Shown: one piece after another, positions 18,287 to 24,788 of the stretch | How the letters are laid out: every line of letters starts with the position of its first letter | Position numbering within the stretch: the stretch's first letter is position 1 | Assembly (NCBI GenBank): GCA_034368785.1 | Contig: JAXMLI010000209.1 | Span: 1-38,584, forward strand | Length of the DNA: 38,584 bases | Reading direction: 5' to 3' | Source: Smithellaceae bacterium | Lineage (GTDB): Bacteria; Desulfobacterota; Syntrophia; Syntrophales; CAMTWB01 | The notes under the pieces: generated by a model | Database searches by the model: none | Told to the model about the DNA's origin: nothing | What the model saw: only the letters and a program-made list of their open reading frames with translations | Program-made: the position numbers and the translations under genes

Positions 18287-20911
18287 ATGACCATGATGGA
18301 TATTGATAATTTCACCGTCGTCTATCGGGACGGGGAACACTCGTTGCTGGCCTTGGACAATGTCAGCATGCGGCTGGAGGGCGGTTTGGTAACCGCCCTG
18401 GTAGGAGAATCGGGATCCGGGAAAACCACCTTGGCAAAGGCCCTGATGGGACTGCTGCCGAAAAATGCCCGTACCCGGGGACGTATCCGGTTGGGCGAGC
18501 GGGAATTCACCGGGTGGGAGGAAGCCAACTACGGCGATACCCGCTGGGTGCGGGTGGCCATGGTCTTTCAGAACAGGTTGGAGAATCTAAACCCCCTGTA
18601 CCGAATTGTTGACCAGGTGGCGGAACCCTTGATTCACCGCCGCGGCATGAAAGCCGCCGCCGCCGCGATTCTGGCCGAAAAGGCGCTTCTGGAAATGGGA
18701 CTTTCCAGGGCGATCGTCAGGCGGTATCCCCATGAAGTGAGCGGCGGTCAGTTGCAACGGGCCCTGATTGCCATGGCCCTGATTCTTGATCCGGAAGTGC
18801 TCATCCTCGATGAGCCTACCTCGGCCTTGGACGCCGCCTACAGGGGATTCATCAGCGCCATGATTCGGAACCTGCGAGACCGTGGCAAGGCGATTCTGCT
18901 CATCTCCCACGATCTGGACCTGGTGGCCAAAACCGCCGATCAGGTGGCCGTGCTCTACCTGGGCCAGGTGATGGAAGTTTTACCCGCCGGGGAGCTGCTG
19001 CAGCAACCTCTTCATCCTTACAGTCTGGCCCTGGGCCGCTCTTTCCCGGGCATGGAGGTGCTGCGGGATCTTGGCGGCATCCGGGGCGACGGCTTTTACC
19101 GTCTGACGCACAGCCACCAACTGCCCGGAGCCGCAGCGCCCCATGTCCACGTGGTTTCTGTGGACGACGTGAAGGAAAATATCCACGCCCCTGACACGGG
19201 CTGCATTTTTCGGCCCCGTTGCACCCAATCGCGGGACGAATGCCGCCAAGCTCCAGTGCCCCTGTTAACAGCAGGAAACCGCCAGATCAGATGTTTGCGG
19301 GGCGGCATTGCGACGTTGCTGAGTCTGGAGGAAGTCGGCAAGACCTATGGCGCGGTGACGGCCCTGGCGCCGACTAATTTGAACGTGCGGGCCGGGGAGG
19401 TTTTGTGTCTGGTAGGCGAAACCGGCTCGGGGAAAACCACCCTGGCCATGATTGCGGCGGGGGCGCTTGCTCCTGACCAGGGGATACGGGTATTCGCCGG
19501 GCGGGACATGGATGGCTGGATGAAAGAGGACTATGGTTCCCTGGCGGCAAAGATCGGGGTGATTTACCAGAACCCCGTGGAATCGGTTAGTCACCGCTTT
19601 AACGCCTTTGATATCGTGGCCGAGCCGCTGCGCATACAGCAGGGGCTTCGTATCAAATCCGGGACGGGTGCGGTTCCCCGGGGGGCAGGGGATGATCTGC
19701 AGCGGCAGGTTCAGTCGGTCCTTAGGGATGTTCATCTGCCCACGAGCCCGGAATTTCTGCAGCGCTACCCTCATGAACTCAATATGGGGGCCATCCAGCG
19801 ATTATGCCTGGCGCGGGCGCTTGTTCACGATCCGCTCTTGATCGTGGCCGACGAGCCCACCAGTTCCCTGGACCCAAGCGTCCAGGCCAAGGTGCTGAGG
19901 ACGCTGATGAACCTCCAGATCGAAAAGGGACTGACCTTGATTTTTGTGACGCATGACATCGGACTCGCCCGCAAGATCAGCGACCGCATCGGCGTGATGT
20001 TAGCTGGCCGCCTGGTGGAAATCGGTCCGGCGGCCCTGGTGATTGGCCGGCCCGGTCATCCCTATACGCGGGGATTGATCGAGAGCGCCCGCGGCAGCGC
20101 GCAAGCGCACCTGGCGGGAGGGTCGGATTGGTCGGCATCCGCCGGCTGCCCCTTTGTGGAACGTTGCGACCGGTCCCGAAATTCCTGTGGCCGCCAAACA
20201 CCGCCACCGGTGAATTTGAATAGCGGCGCCCACCTGGCTTGGTGCTTCTACCCCTTGCTTCCGAGACCCCCGGTGGGCAAAAATCATGTTGGCGCCCCTG
20301 CCATGGGGCTGAGGGAAATTCGCAAAATGCGTGAGAGGATGGAAATGACTAAGAGAGAAAATTTCACGGAGGAGTTGATCCTGCGGCCCGTGGGTTATGT
20401 CCGAAACGAGCTTAAGACTCCCCTTGGGGGACCGGATGAGGCCGAGTTGGAAGGGGAATTACGAAGGGAGAAAATCCGACAGCGGGAGCGGCAAATCAAA
20501 ACCCTGGTCTCTGAGGTGATCATCGAACCCGGGCTGGAAGGAATACTGGAGGGCATCGAAGATTATTCCCATCTGCTGGTTATTTACTGGCCTCATCTCC
20601 TCCCGGCGGGGCATCGCGAGCTACGCCAGGTACACCCGCTGGGTTGCCGGGATCTACCCAAAAGGGGAATATTCGCCACCCGCAGCCCGGCCCGCCCCAA
20701 TCCGCTGCTCATTTCCACGGTTGCCCTGCTGGAACGAAAGAGGAACGTTCTGAGGGTTCAGGGACTGGAGGCCCTGGACGGAAGCCCGGTGCTGGACATC
20801 AAACCCTACGTGGAAATATGCCGCCCGGTGGAAAATCCCCGGTTTCCCCAATGGCTGCGGCGGATCAACCGGGATATGGAAGAGCCGCCGGTGTCGGAAG
20901 GCGAAGGATAG
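18287..20911 (+). CDS. Fused ABC ATPase: NBD1 (DppD-like) - NBD2 (DppF-like) - C-terminal TsaA/TrmO-like (UPF0066) domain
   Basis: 874 aa with no internal stop. NBD1 has GESGSGKTT, VSGGQLQR and ILILDEPTSALD. NBD2 has GETGSGKTT and LIVADEPTSSLD but a degenerate signature (NMGAIQR). The C-terminal ~180 aa (LRPVGYVRNE, LLVIYWPH, RGIFATRSPARPNP, LDGSPVLDIKPY) is a typical TsaA/YaeB fold. Confidence 0.85.
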   Translation: MTMMDIDNFTVVYRDGEHSLLALDNVSMRLEGGLVTALVGESGSGKTTLAKALMGLLPKNARTRGRIRLGEREFTGWEEANYGDTRWVRVAMVFQNRLENLNPLYRIVDQVAEPLIHRRGMKAAAAAILAEKALLEMGLSRAIVRRYPHEVSGGQLQRALIAMALILDPEVLILDEPTSALDAAYRGFISAMIRNLRDRGKAILLISHDLDLVAKTADQVAVLYLGQVMEVLPAGELLQQPLHPYSLALGRSFPGMEVLRDLGGIRGDGFYRLTHSHQLPGAAAPHVHVVSVDDVKENIHAPDTGCIFRPRCTQSRDECRQAPVPLLTAGNRQIRCLRGGIATLLSLEEVGKTYGAVTALAPTNLNVRAGEVLCLVGETGSGKTTLAMIAAGALAPDQGIRVFAGRDMDGWMKEDYGSLAAKIGVIYQNPVESVSHRFNAFDIVAEPLRIQQGLRIKSGTGAVPRGAGDDLQRQVQSVLRDVHLPTSPEFLQRYPHELNMGAIQRLCLARALVHDPLLIVADEPTSSLDPSVQAKVLRTLMNLQIEKGLTLIFVTHDIGLARKISDRIGVMLAGRLVEIGPAALVIGRPGHPYTRGLIESARGSAQAHLAGGSDWSASAGCPFVERCDRSRNSCGRQTPPPVNLNSGAHLAWCFYPLLPRPPVGKNHVGAPAMGLREIRKMRERMEMTKRENFTEELILRPVGYVRNELKTPLGGPDEAELEGELRREKIRQRERQIKTLVSEVIIEPGLEGILEGIEDYSHLLVIYWPHLLPAGHRELRQVHPLGCRDLPKRGIFATRSPARPNPLLISTVALLERKRNVLRVQGLEALDGSPVLDIKPYVEICRPVENPRFPQWLRRINRDMEEPPVSEGEG

Positions 20912-21036
20912 CGGCCGTTCCGCATCCGGAAGCTGAAGCTGTGATTCAGGCGCCTGATAAGCCGTTTTTTTGTGCTGCAAAGCCATCGTCGCCGGCGTAA
21001 AAACCGCACAGGCATCACGCTGTCGCGCCTCAAGCA

Positions 21037-21102
21037 ATGATGGATATTCTGTTACCTTTCCAATTTGTTACATCATTGTTTTCCCGTTGGCGCGGTTCGT
21101 GA
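21037..21102 (+). CDS. Candidate small ORF (21 aa, MMDILLPFQFVTSLFSRWRGS), copy 1
   Basis: It has a paralogue at 22502-22567 with the same ATG and TGA positions. Of 12 nt differences, 8 fall at codon position 3. Most replacements are conservative. No obvious SD. Below the ORF-track size cutoff. Confidence 0.4.
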   Translation: MMDILLPFQFVTSLFSRWRGS

Positions 21103-21155
21103 TGAGTTCCTGTCAGGTTTGCACCGCCCGCAGACCGGCGCCGGCCTGCGGAGGG

Positions 21156-21689
21156 TTAGAGTCCCTTCTTTTCGAACCAGCGGAAGAGGGCGATAAATGT
21201 CGCGACCAAGATGACGATGACGATCCAGTGATTGACACCAAGAACGGTGGGAAGAGTGACCTTTCCGAAATCCCCCCAGGTCAGGACCGTTTCCTGCATC
21301 AGGGGATACGCCTCGGCGTAGAGCCCCGCCCCGAGGAGCATCCCCAGCAGACCGAAGGCGCTGTCGTAGCGTCCCTCCCCCAAGGCCCCCATGGCCGTGG
21401 CGGGGCAGTACCCCACGATGCCCCAGCCGATCCCGAAGATCAGGCCGCCCAGCACGTTGCCCCCCAGGATCAACGGTTTGACGGAAAGCTTGATCAGCCC
21501 CAGATCGAGCAGAAAATAGATGCCTACCATGGCCACCAGGATCGTGGAGAGCATGAATTTGACGATGGTCATATCCCGGAGGCGCAGGGCGGCCAGTTGC
21601 CGGTCGTACCGGATCACCTGTGCCTTCTGCATGAAAAATCCAAAGAGGATTCCCGTGACGGCGCCGGTTAGCAGTTCATTCATGGGCAT
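21156..21689 (-). CDS. YeeE/YedE-family (sulfur/selenium transport-related) membrane protein, second half-protein
   Basis: 177 aa, 4-5 TM. The conserved GYCPAT motif and overall Sulf_transp look are present. The start overlaps the end of the upstream partner by 14 nt. Confidence 0.8.
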   Translation of the reverse strand: MPMNELLTGAVTGILFGFFMQKAQVIRYDRQLAALRLRDMTIVKFMLSTILVAMVGIYFLLDLGLIKLSVKPLILGGNVLGGLIFGIGWGIVGYCPATAMGALGEGRYDSAFGLLGMLLGAGLYAEAYPLMQETVLTWGDFGKVTLPTVLGVNHWIVIVILVATFIALFRWFEKKGL

Positions 21690-22203
21690 TCCCTCCTCCG
21701 TACAGGATCTTGGCCGTGACGATGCCGGCCAGAAAAAAGCAGATCAAGGATACATAACCACTGACGGCTACCTGAGCAAGACCGCTCAGACCATGACCGC
21801 TCGGTCACCCATCGGCGAGACGCGCCCCGAACATCAGGACTGTCCCGCCCAAAAAGGCCGCCGTCCAACGCCGGACGCGCGACGCCCCGAAGCGACCCTC
21901 CCACATCGGAGGCACGGCGACTGCCCGCTTTTCCTTCGAGAGCCAGGCTGAAGCCAGGGAGCCGAAGAGTACCCCGACGACGAACAGAAACTGCCAGTCA
22001 ACCTTTACCTTCTCTTTGAGGAAATACGCCATGCTGGCCACTTTGTCCGGCGCGACGGCCTGTTCGATAAAACCCGCCGCGCGGACGAAGGTGGTCGATG
22101 CGCCGAAGTATTTCCCCGTGATGAAAACGGAAAGAACCAGCAGAAGGCCGGCCAACGCACCGGCGGTGTAGGGAGACCATGTTTTGTTCCGAAGGACATC
22201 CAT
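21676..22203 (-). CDS. YeeE/YedE-family membrane protein, first half-protein, with in-frame UGA (candidate selenocysteine) at 21805-21807
   Basis: The ORF-track entry 21805..22203 ends ...FGARLADG at a TGA. The same frame continues PSGHGLSGLAQVAVSGYVSLICFFLAGIVTAKILYGGGNAHE*. Together these rebuild the family motif G-[C]-(T/P)-S-G-H-G-(L/I)-S-G with the TGA at the Cys position. Total length is 175 codons. Confidence 0.65.
21764..21800 (-). promoter_or_regulatory. Candidate bacterial SECIS hairpin
   Basis: The mRNA reads GCGG-ucauggu-CUGAGC-GGUCUU-GCUCAG-guag-CCGU. The 6-bp apical stem starts 16 nt after the UGA. The apical loop begins GGUC, as in the E. coli fdhF SECIS. Confidence 0.5.
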
Positions 22204-22373
22204 AATTTTTCACCTCCTTGGTTAACGAGTCGAAAAATGACCAGCCAGAATCCTAAGGCTGCCCCTGCCACCCGAACGGTTCCAAACAGAACGATATCCC
22301 TTTGTTTTGTCGACAATATGGAATACTGCGTGGAATGTCAATGGATAATTTGGCGAGATCCGGCTCCCCTATG

Positions 22374-22424
22374 GGGTCAGGCTTGCTTTGTTGTCCGATT
22401 AAAGCAACTCAGCAAGCCTGACCC
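22374..22424. repeat. REP-like long hairpin
   Basis: Perfect 14-bp stem GGGTCAGGCTTGCT / AGCAAGCCTGACCC with a 23-nt loop. A related hairpin GGCCAGGTCTTGC...GCAAGACCTGACC lies at 14399-14483. Confidence 0.6.
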
Positions 22425-22501
22425 TATTCTTATCCCGTGGTGCAAAATCTTCGTCACCAACGCAAAATCTGCACCGATTTCCTGCGGTCGCGCCTCAGGC
22501 A

Positions 22502-22567
22502 ATGATAGAGCTTCTATTACCATTACAATTGGTTACGATTTTGTTTTCCCGTTGGCACGGTTCGTGA
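22502..22567 (+). CDS. Candidate small ORF (21 aa, MIELLLPLQLVTILFSRWHGS), copy 2
   Basis: Paralogue of 21037-21102. It lies 52 nt upstream of the secreted-protein gene at 22619 on the same strand. No obvious SD. Confidence 0.4.
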   Translation: MIELLLPLQLVTILFSRWHGS

Positions 22568-22618
22568 GGAGTTCCTTGACAGGAAGTTAAAAATTCAAAA
22601 CTAACAAGGAGAAAAGGT

Positions 22619-22921
22619 ATGAAAACGAAACGGACAATGGTAACGGTAGTGGCAGTGGCAGCAATCTTGGCAATGACATTGACAGGCGAGGCGATCGCGC
22701 GAGGCGGCAACGGAAAGGGCGGTGGCGGCTCTCTCTCGGCTCCGGCGGGCAGCGCCACCACCCGCCCGGCAGATTCGCAGCGTCGCGACGGCACCTTTCT
22801 GACCACTGGCACGACGGCCAGCGGCGCCGCCACCCGCCCGGACCGCGGCAATGGGTTAAGGGATGGCAGCCGGCTTGGCCTCCCCGCGGCAGCGCCAGCG
22901 GCCCCGGTTACCGCACAGTAA
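22619..22921 (+). CDS. Small secreted Gly/Ala/Thr-rich protein (unknown function)
   Basis: SD AAGGAG. Signal peptide MKTKRTMVTVVAVAAILAMTLTGEAIA. The mature part is low-complexity and carries an LRDGS motif shared with the next gene. Confidence 0.6.
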   Translation: MKTKRTMVTVVAVAAILAMTLTGEAIARGGNGKGGGGSLSAPAGSATTRPADSQRRDGTFLTTGTTASGAATRPDRGNGLRDGSRLGLPAAAPAAPVTAQ

Positions 22922-23026
22922 GCGAAAATGGGAGTTCCTGCGGGGGCCTGAACGCCCCCGCTCCCAGCAGGCCGTCAGGCAGGCAACAACGATCACGGAA
23001 GCGAGTTCAGCGGCATAGGGATGAAA

Positions 23027-23044
23027 TTGGCGCAGTTACGGCAT
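23027..23044 (+). promoter_or_regulatory. Probable sigma-54 promoter
   Basis: TTGGCGCAGTTACGGCAT shows TGGCGC-N5-cgGCA with exact GG-N10-GC spacing. It lies ~35 nt upstream of the ATG at 23078. Confidence 0.55.
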
Positions 23045-23077
23045 CCTTGACGCGCAAGCAATGAAAGGAACTACAGC

Positions 23078-23410
23078 ATGAAGAAAATAATATTTGCCGC
23101 CGCCTTGGCGGGGATGATAATTGCCCTGTCGGCAATCCCGGCAGTAATCCAGGCAAGACAAGGGCAGGGCGCCATGACGGGGCAGGCCCTTCAGACGCAG
23201 ACGAAAAGTGGGGACCAGACTCAAGTGAAAAGCGGGCAGCGGACCCAGGAGAGAAAGCATCTCCGCGATGGTTCCGGCGCAAACGGAGGGGGCGTGAAAT
23301 CAGGCGTCACAGAAAAGAGGGACAAGGCCTATGGACCAAACGATGGCTCAGGCAAGGCGGGGGTGCGTCCTCAGGATGGCACAGGTTACGGTGCGCCCGC
23401 CAATCGTTGA
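23078..23410 (+). CDS. Small secreted Gly/Gln-rich protein with DGSG/DGTG repeats (unknown function)
   Basis: Signal peptide MKKIIFAAALAGMIIALSAIPAVIQA. Motifs LRDGSG, PNDGSG and PQDGTGYG. Confidence 0.6.
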   Translation: MKKIIFAAALAGMIIALSAIPAVIQARQGQGAMTGQALQTQTKSGDQTQVKSGQRTQERKHLRDGSGANGGGVKSGVTEKRDKAYGPNDGSGKAGVRPQDGTGYGAPANR

Positions 23411-23423
23411 AGCGCGGCCACAC

Positions 23424-23954
23424 ATGATGAGCCGGGCAATCTTTTTCGCCCTGCTCATCCTGTGGGTTATTTTGACGGGATTCGCCCGGCCAGCAGGGGC
23501 GCAGGATACGGGCCTCCCGGAAAGCGGCATCCGCTACCCGGGAGGATTCGATCTGAATACCGTCGGGGAAATTCAGGGCAGGGCCTTTGGTTTCGTCTTT
23601 CCCGAAAGCGGACCGGTGCGCTTTCAGGTGGCTTTCCTGAAAGAGACCTACATTGTTCTCACCTCTCCCGCGGCATTCTGGCATGACCTGAAAGGGGAAT
23701 TGAAGGAAGGAGGGGAGGTGCGCGTCCTGGGGTCCAAAACCCTCGGGGCCGATGGTCGCCTCTATCTGATTGCGCAGGAAGTCAGGATTCCGGAGAGGGA
23801 TATAATCGTCAATTTCCGTACGGAAAAGGGCTCTCCCCTCTGGTTGCAGTCGGGTGTGCGTTCCGGGAAAAGTCCGGGCAGCTCCGGCTCTTTCCCGCGC
23901 GGTGGTTCCGGAATCGGAAAAGGCGTCGGCGGCGCCGGCAAGGGAAGAAGATAG
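23424..23954 (+). CDS. Secreted protein of unknown function with a Gly-rich basic tail
   Basis: ATG 23424 gives signal peptide MMSRAIFFALLILWVILTGFARPAGA. This is followed by a ~110-aa globular part and the tail GSSGSFPRGGSGIGKGVGGAGKGRR. The start lies 14 nt after the previous stop. The ORF-track start at 23331 lies inside the previous gene. Confidence 0.6.
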   Translation: MMSRAIFFALLILWVILTGFARPAGAQDTGLPESGIRYPGGFDLNTVGEIQGRAFGFVFPESGPVRFQVAFLKETYIVLTSPAAFWHDLKGELKEGGEVRVLGSKTLGADGRLYLIAQEVRIPERDIIVNFRTEKGSPLWLQSGVRSGKSPGSSGSFPRGGSGIGKGVGGAGKGRR

Positions 23955-23969
23955 CCTACAGGAGAATAT

Positions 23970-24788
23970 ATGAAGTCACGGCAAGGGAAGATGATCTGGC
24001 TGATGGTGTTGTTTATCTCTCTGATCGGGAGCGAGGCCTCCGCCGACTGGGAAACGGGGATCAAATCGGGGTTTGACAGCAACGTCAATCGTTCCGTCTC
24101 CGAGGCCAGAAGCGATGCCTATTTGAAGGGGTATGCGCTTTATACGCGGGCGCCGGAGGAAAAGGATTCCCTGAACTGGACCCTGGCGTTGCTGCTGGAA
24201 GGGGTCGGCTATGTTCGGACCAGTGATCTGAACTACGGCTCTCTCACCCTGGAACCGGGGATAGATTTGTATCGCGGACCTCTATGGACCATAAGCGTTT
24301 CACCCCTGCTGCAGTTAAAAGGAATGAGCGATTCCGATCAGGCTGCCGTTGCTTTCGGCGGCAAAGTCGGTCTCAGGCAGCAATGGCAATCGGACCTTTA
24401 TACCGGGCAATACTATATTTACCGGGACAGTCGCGCCCGAGAGGATGTCTATTCCTTTAAAGAGCAGGCCCTGGGTGTCTATGGCGGCGTTGCCTGGGCC
24501 AAGTCCCTACTGCTGGAACTTGTCTATGAATTGTCCGCCGGCGATTCATTCACCAGCGTAGGCAGCATGACGACCATTCCCGCCGGCCGGGGACGTCGTT
24601 ACTCCACTACTTTTCGTTCCGATGTGGTCAGTGAGACGGTCAGCGGGCATACCTTCGGCGTTAATCTCTCGGTCGGTCTCACCTCGTCCCTCTCTTTGCT
24701 GCTGGAGTACTATCTGAAGTATCAGCAGGCAGATTCGGGAAGCTACAGCGCCCACGAGGGCGCCCTGGGACTGGGATATCGCTTCTGA
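23970..24788 (+). CDS. Outer-membrane beta-barrel protein (unknown family)
   Basis: SD AGGAG. Signal peptide ending SEASA. Alternating amphipathic strands. The C-terminal ...LGLGYRF, with a terminal Phe, is typical of OMPs. Confidence 0.65.
   Translation: MKSRQGKMIWLMVLFISLIGSEASADWETGIKSGFDSNVNRSVSEARSDAYLKGYALYTRAPEEKDSLNWTLALLLEGVGYVRTSDLNYGSLTLEPGIDLYRGPLWTISVSPLLQLKGMSDSDQAAVAFGGKVGLRQQWQSDLYTGQYYIYRDSRAREDVYSFKEQALGVYGGVAWAKSLLLELVYELSAGDSFTSVGSMTTIPAGRGRRYSTTFRSDVVSETVSGHTFGVNLSVGLTSSLSLLLEYYLKYQQADSGSYSAHEGALGLGYRF

Noticed and set aside
20970-21671. 233-aa + strand ORF spanning the sORF element and the YeeE gene
   Set aside because: It is antisense to a well-supported YeeE/YedE gene and has a low-complexity translation (DDDDD, QDQ runs). 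Only its first part overlaps the conserved repeat, and it does so in a frame whose substitutions fall mostly at codon positions 1 and 2.
22552-22569. Sigma-54-like TTGGCACGGTTCGTGA (also TTGGCGCGGTTCGTGA at 21087)
   Set aside because: The -24 half is good, but the -12 dinucleotide is GA rather than the near-invariant GC. The sequence also lies inside the conserved sORF codons (SRW-H/R-GS*). It may be coincidental, so it was not called a promoter.
22577-22618. Read-through of the sORF into the in-frame secreted-protein gene (possible second Sec/UGA event)
   Set aside because: The sORF at 22502 is in the same frame as the gene at 22619. However, two TGA codons (22565 and 22577) and no SECIS-like hairpin lie between them. 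Copy 1 ends with a TGA TGA double stop.
22495-22851. 118-aa minus-strand ORF whose C-terminus (..HEPCQRENKIVTNCNGNRSSIIA) is also conserved at 21030-21110
   Set aside because: This frame shares the 3-nt periodicity of the duplicated element, so it was considered as the real coding frame. In copy 1, however, it has no ATG, GTG or TTG start after the YeeE stop. Its replacements are radical (R/C, W/C, D/I). In copy 2 the rest of the ORF is antisense to a secreted-protein gene. It is kept only as an alternative to the + strand sORF.
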